Below the pieces are notes generated by a model. It saw only the letters and a program-made list of their open reading frames with translations. It was not told where the DNA came from and did no database searches. From Octopus sinensis (Eukaryota), in NCBI RefSeq assembly GCF_006345805.1, contig NC_043000.1:42718001-42782000 (forward strand): a stretch of 64,000 bases of DNA. The letters run 5' to 3'. Below, piece after piece: positions 39,808 to 52,895 of this stretch; the stretch's first letter is position 1, and each line of letters begins with the position of its first letter. The position numbers were made by a program, and so were the translations under genes.

Positions 39808-41451
39808 GGAAAGTGAAAAAGGAAAGTGAAAAAGGAAAAAGAAAGGAAAGTCCAGAAAGGGAAAGTGAAGACCACAAATTCAGTCGTGTTAGATGTTGAC
39901 ACAGTCATAAGAGAGCTTGAGCAGGAACAAACATACAAATATTTAGGGATAAATGAAGGCTCTGGTATTCATCATGCAAGCATGAAAGAGAAAATCAGGA
40001 AGGAATGTTATAGGAGAGTTCGTGCAGTCCTGAAATCTGAACTAAATGCACGTAACAAGGTGTTAGCTATAAATTCCTTAGCAGTTCCAGTTGTTATTTA
40101 TAGCTACAATGTGTTGAACTGGAATATGAGTGAAGTAAAGAATATAGATAGAAAAATACGCAAGCTGCTGAGTTGTAATAGGATGCACCACCCAAAGGCA
40201 GACGTAGATCGTCTTTACCTTCCCAGAGCCCAAGGAGGTCGAGGCCTGATCCAATTTGAACTAGCTTACAAAACAACCACAATTGGACTGGCCAAATATC
40301 TCGAAATATCGAATGACTGGATGCTAAAGCTCGTGGAAAATCACGAGAGACGAAAGAAGCTTCATTCTATCATCAAGGAAAGCAAAAAAGTTGCTATTGA
40401 TCTCGTGCAGGATACCCAAACTGAACAACCCGAGGGAAGTACGGCAACTATTGTTGCAAAGAAGGTGAAAATGATGGCAATGAAAAAAGCGCACGGGCAA
40501 TTGGCTGATAGGTGGGAGGAGAAACCTCTGCACGGCAAATATGTGACCCGCAGCAAACAAGCTGATGTTGACCAGAAGCAAACCCATCAGTGGCTGCAGA
40601 GCTCAGGGCTAAAAGCAGAGAGTGAAGGTTTCATCCTGGCTGCTCAAGACCAAAGCCTATTAACCCGGAACTACCAGGCCAATGTGATGAAAAATGGAGC
40701 AGACCCAAAATGCCGATTCTGCAACGACATGATTGAAACAGTGGACCACCTAATCTCTGGATGTAAAGTCTTAGCACCAGTGGAGTATAAATTAAGACAT
40801 GACAGAGTTGGCCAATATCTCCACTGGCTAATAAGTCGGCATTACAATATCAAAACTGCCGACAAGTGGTATAATCACCACCCTGAGGCTGTAACTAAAG
40901 GAGAAAATGTAACCATTCTGTGGGACTTTCCAGTACATACAGACCGAACCATCAAGGCCAATAAACCAGATATTGTTGTGAAAGACCAAAACAATAAAGT
41001 TTGCTTATTGATCGACATGAGCATCCCTGTGATCATAATAGCTCAGCGAAAGAGTTTGACAAGCTCAGAAAATATAAAGACCTACTCATTGAAATTGAGA
41101 AAATGTGGCATCTCAAGGCGGTTACAATACCAGTGATCGTAGGAGCACTAGGAATGATCAAGAAGGGAACCGAAAATTATATGAGAATGATCCCTGGCTT
41201 ACCATCCCTGCAAGAAATGCAAAAGATTGTCTTAAGTGGTACATCACACGTATTGAGAAGAGCATTGTCGATGTGCGAACTGTTGCTGCTCATGTATTTT
41301 AATTTAACTTAAAAAAAAAAAAAAAAAAAAAATGAACGAACTACTGAGTTTGGTTTAATGGCCTACCAATATACATTATGAGTTTCTTTGCCCTAGGAGT
41401 CGGGAAGACACTCGGCAAGAAATGGAAGAAAATTTGAAAGAAGAAAAAAAA

Positions 41452-41452
<1 letters not shown>
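39808..41452 (+). mobile_element. R4/Dong-like LINE lineage A, 1.64-kb 5'-truncated copy
   Basis: 436-aa ORF: RT C-terminus (YKYLG), CRFCx8Hx4C knuckle, RHD motif, then the RLE motifs KPDIVVKD and LIDMSIP. One frameshift at about 41025-41027 continues as KLRKYKDL. (AAT)n on both sides. Confidence 0.95.
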
Positions 41453-41534
<82 letters not shown>

Positions 41535-41799
41535 AAGAACAGAAGCAAACAGAAAATAGAGAAATATTGATCAACAACAATTGACTTACATCAATTGTTA
41601 TTTATTAATTCAATACAAATAGACTGCGTCCCATCTTATCCCTTAGACGGTTATGTTAACCTCTAAATCAGCTCACCCTTAATACTAATAATAATGATAA
41701 TAACAACAACAACAAAAACAAAAATAATAATGATAAGGATAATAATAATAATATTAATAATAATAATTATGATAATATTGATGATAATGTTGATGATGA

Positions 41800-42150
41800 T
41801 GATGATGATGATGATATCTGCAATGGAGTGGATGAAACCATTGCCCATATCACAAACGAATGCCCTAGACTTGCCCAATCCACTACAATTGTGGCGACAC
41901 GATCAGGTAGCGAAAGTGCTACATTGGAAACTGCGGCTAGTGGGGGCTAGAGAGGCAAGAGGTGATATAAGCACAAGCCGCAGAGGGTGGCGGAGTCGGG
42001 GACTAGCAAAATCGGAGAACAGGTCTAGTGGTGGGGGACAAGATGCACCACATATGTTATATAGAAGATGTTGCATGCCCCTTGACCCACGAATAGTCAA
42101 GAAAGAAGACGAAAAGATAGTTACAACTCTCTTAAGTACGAAGATATAAT
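41800..42150 (+). mobile_element. Degraded R4/Dong-like LINE fragment, lineage D
   Basis: ICNGVDETIAHITNECPRLAQ / WRHDQVAKVLHWKL / PLDPRIVKKEDEK; preceded by (AAT)(GAT)n. Confidence 0.7.
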
Positions 42151-42289
42151 AAGAAAAAATGAGGGGCGTCAATTGACCGGTAACATTTTTTTGCAAATTG
42201 CTTGACCAGCAATTTCAGAAACGTTTATCGAATTTTCCCCCTTATTTTCGATGTTTTTAGAATCAGAAGTTCTTATAATTTTCACTGGG

Positions 42290-42660
42290 CGCAGGCGTGC
42301 CTGTGTGGTAGAAAGCTTGCTTCCCAACCACAAGGATCCAGCTACGTGGCACCTTGGGCAAAAATATCTTTTACTATAACCTCGGGCCGACCAAAGTCTT
42401 GTGAGTGAACTTGGTAGACAGAAACCGAAAGAAGATTCTCGTATATATGTATGTATATATCTATGTGTGTGTGTAACTCTGTCTGTGTTTGTCCCCCACT
42501 ACCGCTTGACATCGGTAGTGATGTCACCGTAACTTAGCGATTCGGGAAAGAGTCTGATAGAATAAGTACTAGGCTTCAAAAATTAAGTTCTATGGTCGAT
42601 TTGTTCGACTAAAACCCTTCAAGGCATGGTTGAAGTGAAATGACTGAAACATGTAAGAGA
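42290..42660 (+). mobile_element. tRNA-derived SINE family 2, near full length
   Basis: GGCGCAGGCGTG..GTGGTAGAAAGCTTGCTTCCCAACCAC head, internal (TA)(TG) tract, and 3' region. Confidence 0.88.
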
Positions 42661-43418
42661 TAACGATAAGAGTACCATAAGTTTTCCAAAATGCCTCATA
42701 CGAATGTTTACTGAAAAAAGTTCTTGCGCGTAGCTAGCTATATTATGTTATATTTTTGTTGTTGTCACAATCATAAAATATTATCACGTCTCAGCTAATG
42801 GATATCTAAATTGATTGTATTTTGCAATTATATATCATAACCTGTCCAACGTGTCGAAAGTCATATATTTCCTCAACGCTAATTTAATTCACTTACTGGA
42901 TGATTTTGGTCAAACAATTTTTTTTAGAATGCACTACGCATTGAAAGAGCCAGGAGGCATAAGACGAAACATGACAAACCTATAAAATCTCGATTCAAGA
43001 TATTTAGTAAATAATTGTTAATGACACCATGAAGTAAGGAAAATACAGTGCAGTTTACCTATTATAATTGTTATACAATTATGTCGTTTAAGACATTGCA
43101 CCATTCGGCAGAGTATACTTGAAGTTTTCCTGAATGGAATGTAATGTGGAAGTGTTGGTGTGATCGACAAAGGAACATCTCAGGCTACTGGTTTGTGACA
43201 ACAATGTCACCGGGAACATCAGGAGAAATCGATATATTCAAAATTTCTAAGAAATCTTGTAATGTGTTAGTGTCTTATGTATGTATGTGTGTATTTATGC
43301 ATTCGTGCATTTTAGATTGTATGTATGCATGCGTGTATGGGTGTATATATGTATGTATGTTTCTATCTATATATCTGTCTATCGATCTATCTATCTCCCT
43401 ATTTATCCAACAATCATA

Positions 43419-43481
<63 letters not shown>

Positions 43482-43759
43482 AGATAACTTGGATAACTTT
43501 GATATGTTTCGACAAAGATTAGCCCATGCCACGTCCAACTTAATAGCATCACTTGATAGGATTTGCTAAATCCTTTTTAACCCCAGTTTTGCGGTATCAT
43601 GGCCCAATTGAGTAGGGAGCTCTTGTTGAATTAGTTGTATTTAGGTATAGGTGGGTTCCTGGTATCCTTTGAAGAAATTTGTCCAGATTCCGTATAAAGG
43701 TGATGGGATCCTTTTGATCTCTCACTCCCTCTCTTTCTCCTTATGTACGTACATATATA

Positions 43760-43821
<62 letters not shown>

Positions 43822-43889
43822 GTTATGGGAGTTAATGGTGTCAATAAGACCCAAAGGTGTAAGGTAATGCTGAGTAAGTGCTATGGATA

Positions 43890-44340
43890 GACTATAGTTA
43901 AGCTCCAGGTTCGGTGATTATGCGAATGTGGCGTCCAACGTAGGACATATATCAGCATGTGTATATATAAAAATTAACAGAATGAGTAAAAAATCAAAGG
44001 CTGAGAAAGATTTCAGAATATTTATAAATAGAAGGTCTTACAGCTGTTTCCGGGATATTTTATATATCCCTTCATCGGAGACGATGTGAGAAAATTGTTA
44101 TGCAATAGTTATTCTAGATAAGATATGAAACAGAGAGTGAAGTGTAGGAATGAAAATAGACGTGAGATATGTAGGGATATGGCATTTGTAGATTCATTAT
44201 TTAGGCAGAATAGTATACATATAAGATTCCAGTTCCTTGTGAGTAAGTTCCTATAATATTTAAAATTGATAATTCCAAGTATAGAGTTTGTACACAGGGT
44301 TATTGAATCGAGGGTTTTATTTAAAGTAACTGAAAGGTTG
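43890..44340 (-). mobile_element. Penelope-like pLTR/3' remnant
   Basis: Contains a minimal type I hammerhead motif of the kind known from Penelope-like elements; boundaries approximate. Confidence 0.45.
44035..44082 (-). ncRNA. Minimal type I hammerhead ribozyme motif (variant core)
   Basis: GTCT-CCGATGA-A-GGGATAT(ATAAA)ATATCCC-G-GAAA-CAGCTG-TA-AGAC: 4-bp stem I, 7-bp stem II, palindromic ACAGCTGT stem III, GUA cleavage triplet. Confidence 0.65.
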
Positions 44341-46149
44341 GGAATGTATTTGTAAGGCCAAATCTAAACAGTAAAAGAGGAACAAAGAAAATAATAAAAA
44401 GAAAAAAGACAAAAAAGAAAAAAGAAAACGAAAAAGGAAAAGCAATGAAGAGGGAAAGTCAGTCAAGATAAATTGATAGAAGGAATGGAGAGTTGAGGGT
44501 GATAGAGAGAGAAAAATATGAGAGTGTAGAAAAGATGATAGGGTAAAGAGTAAAGGAATGTCAGAAGGAATGGGGTTGATGGGTGATAGAGAGAGAAATG
44601 TATGAGAATGTAAAGAGTAAAGGAGTCTCCGGTATATAGTGATACAGCCTAAGTGAGGGGCAGAGAGAGAGGGGGTAGGGGTGGGGTAGTAAAATGGTGC
44701 TCTGAGTGAAACTGTCCAACATACTCGCAACATATTACCACTTTTCGGCACCTAGAAGAAGGTATAAAATCAAACCACCAACCATGCTATTTTCTGCGAT
44801 TTCTTCGTTGTTACAAGCCAAAAGCGAAGCAGAGGAGAAGACAATACAATGACAAATTACAAAAGCAGTGACGGTTTACAAAGAACCGAACGTGGTAACA
44901 TACATGAAATGCAACAGGAAATAAAGCACCCCAGTTGAGGAATATTCACCAAGATTTGAACCAAGAAAGCTATACATTCTTTATTATTCTTGCTTCCAGG
45001 GTTAATTGTACTGTCTTGCACCAGCAATATTTTGGAGCTTATTTATATGCACTCAAACTGAACAACCTCACCGAGTCGAACTCGTCTGCTGCACCTGCAT
45101 TTCAATCCTTTCACAGGAATGCTGCAATTCTCACCTCACTCTTATTCTGTATATCGAACAGTGAAAATCGATGAGGCCTCACCGGAGAGAAATGTGGCTG
45201 CCATTGACATCTAGTCTAAAACAAAATCTCTTTCAGCTGAGCTACCCGACAGAAAAAATTACCTGCTCTTTCTAGAAAAATTGGACAGTGATCCTATGTG
45301 CGACACAACCTGCTTGATAAAATCCGTCTTATCAAAAAATGCTTTGACTCTGAAAAAGATATTCCCAGAACGGTTCAGACGTACGGTGTGCATCTTCGAT
45401 AGGTTGTTTGGAGGCATTTATATTTCGGTGGAGTTTAAAACAAACCTAAAAGTTATCACAGATAATATCTCAGAAGCAAAGGATTTTTAAATTCGTCTTA
45501 GTCTCTGAAATAGACTGTTCAGTCGAACTTTGTGGACCCGTATAATCTCCTAATATACGTCGTCGCTCTTGCGTGCCGCTTATAACCTGAGCAATTACTC
45601 GAACGGTAGAGAATCCGAACACCTGAAAATATTCTAAGTAAATATTCTGCAAGGACTGAAATTTGTGGAGTAGTGGTTAGTCATTTAACTCCACCCTTGA
45701 ACTTAAATAGTACCCCAAAATAATCGACACCGAAAGAATGAAAGGCCAATTTAACCTCGGTTGGATTGGAATGCAGAATTCAGAATTAGTGCAAATAACA
45801 CAATGCATTTTGTTCGACGCTCTAACCACTGACCTAACATTCGAAGTAGTAATAATGACTGAACAGAATATAATAATTTGTATTTTCTTTTTTAATATTA
45901 GAAGCACACCATAGAGACAGAATATCGATTGTATCTTATGTAATTAATGAAAATAAATGTTTCAGATAAAATCGATTTTATAAGGTTGTGTATTGTTGTT
46001 GTTTTTAGAGACGTTAGTGTTGTTAATGTTATTATCATTAACATATTTGTTGTTTATGCTCCATCCTTATTTCGTTTAATATTTTTTTCCTGCTTCTTTA
46101 TTTTCATCTTAATTATCCTGAGCAAATGATAATGATAAATGTTTCTCGG

Positions 46150-46190
46150 CTTACTGAAGTGAGACCGAAATAATAATAATAATAATAATA

Positions 46191-46250
<60 letters not shown>

Positions 46251-46299
46251 TAATAATAATAATAACAATAGTAACAACAACAACAACAATAATAATGAT

Positions 46300-46360
<61 letters not shown>

Positions 46361-46497
46361 TAATAATAATAATAATAATAATAATATACGATGTAATTCA
46401 TGCTGCTGCTGATGATAGTGGTAATGTTGCTGATGATGATAATGATGATGACGACGACCAAGGTAGTGATGATGATGATAAAGATGATGATGATAAA

Positions 46498-46561
<64 letters not shown>

Positions 46562-46650
46562 TTGATGGTGATGACGATGATGATGACGACGACGACGATG
46601 ATGATTATGATGATCAGGATGATGACGACTATGATACTGATGATGATCAG
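46150..46650. repeat. Long compound (AAT)n(GAT)n microsatellite
   Basis: Directly visible; accounts for the 273-aa and 159-aa ORFs. Confidence 0.97.
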
Positions 46651-46846
46651 TGAATATACATAGCAAATTAACCTCTTGACATAAAATCTTAAATGATACA
46701 ATAGCGACAAGTTGGCTGGGATATGCGCCGACAGAGCAGGAAAAGCTAATTGCACATTCGCTGCTGTATACTGCCAGCATTCCAACATTCTGATGATCAA
46801 TCTAATTACCTTGATAGTCTCTATTGCGTATAGACTTACACACACG

Positions 46847-46881
<35 letters not shown>

Positions 46882-47039
46882 AAAGAATTAAAATACTAAC
46901 CCTTGTTTTTCTCGCATATTTCGAAACATATTGATCTCTAACGTAAGGCCATCATTTATTTTTATGTAGAGGGTAAAAGTTATTGACATTGACTCCAGGA
47001 TTTATTTATATTATTTAGCCTATCAGATATTCTATAACG

Positions 47040-47150
47040 ACCATGTTTCCAATGATATCATGTACCAAATGGCTGACGAAAAGCGAATGAGCACAAGGAT
47101 AAAGGAATACCGGCTGAGATGGATTGGTCACGAACTGCGGCATCCAAATG
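47040..47150 (+). mobile_element. RTE-like LINE RT C-terminal remnant
   Basis: VSNDIMYQMADEKRMSTRIKEYRLRWIGHELRH matches the RLRWxGHxxR motif. Confidence 0.6.
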
Positions 47151-47329
47151 TTCTCGCTGGCCTGAAACGCTTAATTGAATCAAATTGTTAATAAACGCAA
47201 TCTGTCCTTTTTACAAATGTGTCCTTTTTTGCAAGTGTGTCCTCTCTTGCTCAGAAACGCAATGTGTCCCTTTCGACGGTGTCCAAAGTTGTGAACAGTA
47301 ATCCTGGCATGCGTAGTTTTGTTCGACGA

Positions 47330-48029
47330 CTCCGTCCCATTTATCAGCCAAAGCCAAAGCAATCAGAGCCGAGAGATGCTCAAAGCCTCTGTTATTCATC
47401 AAGCAAGGTACAGGAAAAACTGTCGTGTTTGTGGATGAGAAGTTCACGCTGAGTTGACGCTGAGGTGAATCGCAGAAATTCTCGAGTGATTGCATACAAC
47501 GCTTCTGACATCCCTCCTGTGTTTGAGACTAAGAATCCCGCATCTGCGATGATAGCTGGTGCCGTGGCGAGTGATGGAATGTTCATGAATCCACACTTCA
47601 TTGAATCTGGCTTGAAGATCGGCACAAAGGTTTGTCAGAATATCAGGAAGAACTCTCTGTTACTTCGGATGAAACAAATGATTGGGCTTAAAAATGTGGT
47701 GCTTAAGGCGGCGTGCTGGCAGAAACATTAGCACGTCGGGCGAAATGCTTAGCAGCATTTCGTCTCAGTTCAAATTCCGCCGAGGTCGACGTTGCCTTTC
47801 ATCCTTTTGGGGGTCGATAAATTAAGTACCAGTTGCATACGCAGGTCGATCTACTGGGGCCAAAATCGTGAGCCTTGTGCCTAGAGTAGAAAAGAATGTG
47901 GTGCTTATCCAGGATTCTGCACCATGCTATAGGTCAGAAGCAATACTGGCTTTCTTTGGTGAGAAAGTGCCAATTTTTGCGAGGGCCAACATTTAACCCA
48001 GTAACAACCCAGATCTCAACCTTCTCGAT

Positions 48030-48035
<6 letters not shown>
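47330..48035 (+). mobile_element. Degraded maT/DD37D mariner transposase interrupted by a SINE
   Basis: VVFVDEK ... VNRRNSRVIA ... IQDSAP ... PSNNPDLNLLD; 37 residues counted between the second and third Asp. Confidence 0.9.
47706..47894 (+). mobile_element. SINE family 1 with 13-bp target-site duplication
   Basis: AATGTGGTGCTTA at 47693-47705 and 47895-47907. Confidence 0.95.
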
Positions 48036-48121
<86 letters not shown>

Positions 48122-48449
48122 AAATAAACCAGAACGGGAAGATCTGTAAACAGAACTCTGACTTGTTTTGAAGAATTTGTTGCAGTTGCTTCCTCCAGAG
48201 TTGACGCTATAAATCATGTAAAACAAATCGCCAAAAACATTCGCAGTAATGAAGACATAGGAATCCAAAATTTCAGGATCGCAGGTCCGGATTTGCCTCA
48301 GTTCCAAAATGGCATGATATGCTGGGCTACTGCCTCTAGGAGTAAAGTTGAAAAGTGTGACACACTGGCACACTGATATTTACATTTAATATATTAGATA
48401 TTTTTATTTTGGGGAAACTGTATTTCAGTTAAAGTGGTTTATATATATA

Positions 48450-48518
<69 letters not shown>

Positions 48519-48924
48519 AATATATATATGTATGTATGTATATATATTGCGTGTGTGAATGTGTATGTATATACGTACGCACACGCACACACACACACAT
48601 ATATGTATGTATTAAAGAAAGCAAAAATAAAAGAGAAATGATAGTGTTCAGTTACTGATTCAGTATGCTCGCCACAGGAATTTCTGTCCAGGAACGTTGT
48701 ACAGCATCTCCATCTTTCTCTCACATACCCACTCTCTCTCTCTTTCTCTTTCTCTCTCTCTCCCTCTCTCTCTATGTGTTCGCCACCACACTCACCGTCT
48801 CTATGCTTGGTATTACTCTCACAATAACACGAAGAAGTGTCGTTGAATAGTGAGAGGGGGAGTTAAAGTGTGTCACACTGACACACAGAAATTAGTTTTC
48901 GCATTTACTATATATATATATATA

Positions 48925-49123
48925 TCTTTATTGCCCACAAGGGGCTAAATACAGAGGAGCCAAACAAGGACAGACAAAGGGATTAAGTCGACTACAACGA
49001 TCTCAGTGCGTAACTAGTACTTAATTTATCGACCCAGAATGGATGAAAGGCAAAGTCAGCCTTGACGGAATTTGAACTCAGAACGTAATGGCAGACGAAA
49101 TACCTTTAAGCATTTTACCCGGC
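48925..49123 (-). mobile_element. SINE family 1 monomer with tail A
   Basis: Reverse complement ends GCCCCTTGTGGGCAATAAAGA followed by (TA)n. Confidence 0.88.
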
Positions 49124-49744
49124 ATATATCTGAGAGTTGTCAGTTCGTATGAAGCTTATCAGATGGCACTGAGAATAAAGTCAATAGTAAAGTTACAATT
49201 TCCCACTACAGCATATTAATCACAAATTATCTGGCTAGTAGTGCGAGTGAACGTCTTAACCACGCAGCTGATTGCGATCATACTTCGGTAATATTCACTT
49301 TATTGACCTCGGAATGGTGATAGAAAATTTTAAATCAGAATGTAAAGTGAACGTAAAGTCACAGTGAATTTCTCAGTTTCGATCCTCATTTACAAATGGA
49401 CAAGAAATGGGTAATTCACCATGTCGTCTGCAGACTGAGTTTTCTATAAATGCTGTTCGAGTTTTCCTAAAATTCAGAGTTGTGGTTTAAGCTTCATTGC
49501 AATTCACATCGTCTACTTTCTACCGCTTGAGTTTAAAATTGTGATGCAATGATTCTACATATGAAACTTATTGAACGAGAATCATTATTTGGGATTTTCA
49601 CTAGTATTGTATGTATCTTGTCAGGCTTTCTCACTTTTTTATAATACATTATATATATATATAACTAAAGAGGATGAAAATTTGTTGAAAATGCACCTAA
49701 ATTTGAAAAAATTGTGCTTGTTTTTAAATAAACATGTTTTTCTG

Positions 49745-49795
<51 letters not shown>

Positions 49796-49958
49796 TGACG
49801 ACTCCGGTACTCGGGATGTTCAGGCTTGACCCGAGTATAAATTGGGGCTGGAAGAGAAATATTGAACGAGCCGATATTGAGGTAGTCGTGCAAATAATCA
49901 TAATTAGATATCACTCACAGACACACACGCACAAACACACACATACACACACATATAT

Positions 49959-50022
<64 letters not shown>

Positions 50023-52734
50023 CATTTATCTGCATGGAGCACTAAAATACAGAAACATAAATAAAATTTCTTAACACGACAGTTGTTTCAGGAAGCTCAG
50101 AGTTACGTAATTATGATAATAATCGAATGCACACACGCTCACACGCGCGCGCACACACTCACAAATACCGACCCACACACACACTCACACACACAGACTC
50201 ACGCACACAGACTCACGTACAAACACTCACGTTCACACATATTATTGAAAAGAGATCATCCTCAGCTTTATCAAAAGAACGGCCTTGGTTTTACACAGCG
50301 ACGGCAATAAAAGACAAAAAAATGCATCTGTAGCTGCGAAAGCATTTTGTGTATCACTCGCAGACTTATCAGCGAAATATTTAAACATCGGACCCCCCCC
50401 CAAAAAAAAAATAATCCCCTGTCTTAGTTAGCCGCTCGAATCGCACAAGTATTACCTTGTCAGTCTCTGTTTAAATTACAGTGAACCTGTGATTCGCCTG
50501 CAGAAAGCTATAACCATTCACAAATGCATAATATAAAAATGTATCATAAGAAAAAACGCTTCAAGATGTGGTTTATTGTTTCCAGCAACTCATTACTTTT
50601 TCCTAAGATTTCATTATCTCCGATATTCTATATGTCTCCCTATTTCTTTATTATACAAAAAAGTATCAATGGTTTTCCTTCCTATTAACACATGCTTCCG
50701 ATATTTCTCCGTTCTTCTTTTCTGATTTCTTTTGACTTACAACTGATGTTGCGTAACAGAATTTGTATATAGTTAATGATGTATATAATACAATTCTGAG
50801 AAAGAGGATTGAGTATTTGTAGATCGAATTACAGGCACTCAGTCGATGAGAAGTCGGTGTTCTATATATTATCAATGGTGTTAAATTGTGTTCGTGGAAA
50901 CGAAGTAGAAGTCTCAAATGATCAAATTTCTCACTACACCTGTAAATAGGGATTGCAGGATGGGAAAAAAATAGTTACGTTCAGCAATGGCGGTACCGTG
51001 AATTTAACAATTCGTTCAATTGCTTGTAATGATGAGTTCAATGACACTATTTAGATAAAGCCTAATGAACATAACTTGTTTTAGATACACTCCACAGATA
51101 TTAGACCTACAGCTGCGCGCCTTTGGCCAAATCTAATATAAACACAACGAGAACTTTGCGGCGGTAGGACAGTTGGTTATGATCAACATCAGTACTTGAC
51201 TAAAACACATTTTGTCAATTGATAAAAATACAAAATGATGAAATATATCTTGTCTTCTGTGCCAGTTCAGCAAATCCATTGCAATAATAAATGTGCGTTG
51301 CTGTTGTAGATTATCACAGTTACTATAATTATTTATATCAATATTCTTTTTTCTATGATTATACTGCAGTATTATTAATACTATTGCATCATTTTTGCTA
51401 TATTGTATTGAGGTCTTGTGCTGCCGTTTCAGTAATGTGAGAAGTTTCTAACTTTTTGTTTCATCTTCTTGATATTTGAAAAACAAAAAAGGTTGCTTAA
51501 ATGTCACGTATCACAACCCCTTTCACAGCACAACGTAGGCGATTCAGGAGGATGAATAAGAATCTCCAGTCCTTTACTTGTATTTTATTTACGGAACTAG
51601 GGAGAATGAGAAGTGTATCCGAGCTTGAAGTAATTGAAACATATATTTATAGAAAATGGGCAGTATCTCCTTCAATGAATCGTTGCTCTGGAGAGACTAA
51701 AAGACCGATTAATTTATTTACAATTTTTATAGGTATACGTTATGTCTTCAGTAAATTGGCTGAGGATTAAAGAATAAGTTGTGAAAAGAGAAAAACTTGT
51801 TAAGTCTTTAGGGTGTCGGACAGAATACGCTACAGTATTTGTTTCAAATCCCTGGTTTCTTTCAAATCCTGTCGAGGTTAAATTACCTTTCATCCTTTTG
51901 TGGGATTACCAGCCAAGCACTGGTCGATTCTATCTCTCTCGCTGTCTCCCTTCCTCTCTTCATCTCTTTCTCAGAATCGGTTACGTTGCGCTATAAGAAG
52001 CATTCTTTCTCCATAAATCAACGCTCATTGCATAGAAAAAATTATGTGCTTCTCGAATTGTCCCTGAGATGACCCGATACATAGTACTGCACAGAACTAG
52101 TGAAGATCTTATTTAGCCCAGGTTAGCTCTAATCAAGTAGACATTTGATCAAAGGCACACCAATCATGATCTACTCGTCTTTACTTACGTGATTTATCGC
52201 AGACTAGATAACACGCTATGTCCCCCTTTATTGAATATGTTAAGGTTTGGTTTGCCACAGAAAGTTCGCTTCCTTGTAATTGGGCTTCCTTGTAGATTTA
52301 GTTAATCATGTACTAAGATCAGGAGCACTCTGGTGTGTTAACTGCAACTGGCTCTACATAACAAAATAAAAAGGAACAGCGATGTAGTCAATTCCGATGA
52401 TTTCAGATCTATGGAGAAACTTCACTGTTGTATTGTGAAAACAAATCGATAATTAATCTAACAAAAATAAACATACCATGATCAAATCCAAAATGTATAT
52501 TTTCATTTAGTTTATAATTTTAGTTTTAATTAACCATAGTACTGCAATGTCTGATTCTATCTTCAGTTTTATTAATGACTAGTAAAAATACCAACACCAA
52601 TCGATGTTGTAAACATATCGATTTCAGAAAGAGGTTCTCAACTTATTATCACGTGTTCTACAAGAAATATTCTCATGTTATATAATAATTAATCTCTTTC
52701 CAGAAAATCAGCAGAAGCTCATATAGAATAACAA

Positions 52735-52895
52735 TATTAGTTTCAAAGTTTGCTACAAGGGCAGCAATTTCGAGGAAGGAGTTAAGTCGATTACATCGGC
52801 CCAGTGTCCAACTGGTACTCTTGTTATCTACCTCGAAAGGGGGAAAGGTGAAGTTAACCTCGGCGGAATTTGCACTCAGAACGTAAAATACTACT
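52735..52895 (-). mobile_element. SINE family 1, diverged, tail B
   Basis: Family core and CCTCGGCGGAATTTGCACTCAGAAC. Confidence 0.7.

Noticed and set aside
44950-45490. Protocadherin pseudogene call
   Set aside because: Only one weak motif; no DxNDxxP or correctly spaced cadherin repeats. Kept only as an unassigned coding-like region.
46054-46875. Long ORFs (273 aa and 159 aa) and the many poly-I/Y/H/CV ORFs across the window
   Set aside because: They are translations of stop-free microsatellites, not genes.
49808-49838. 8-bp hairpin TACTCGGG/CCCGAGTA
   Set aside because: Too short to exceed chance expectation in 64 kb.
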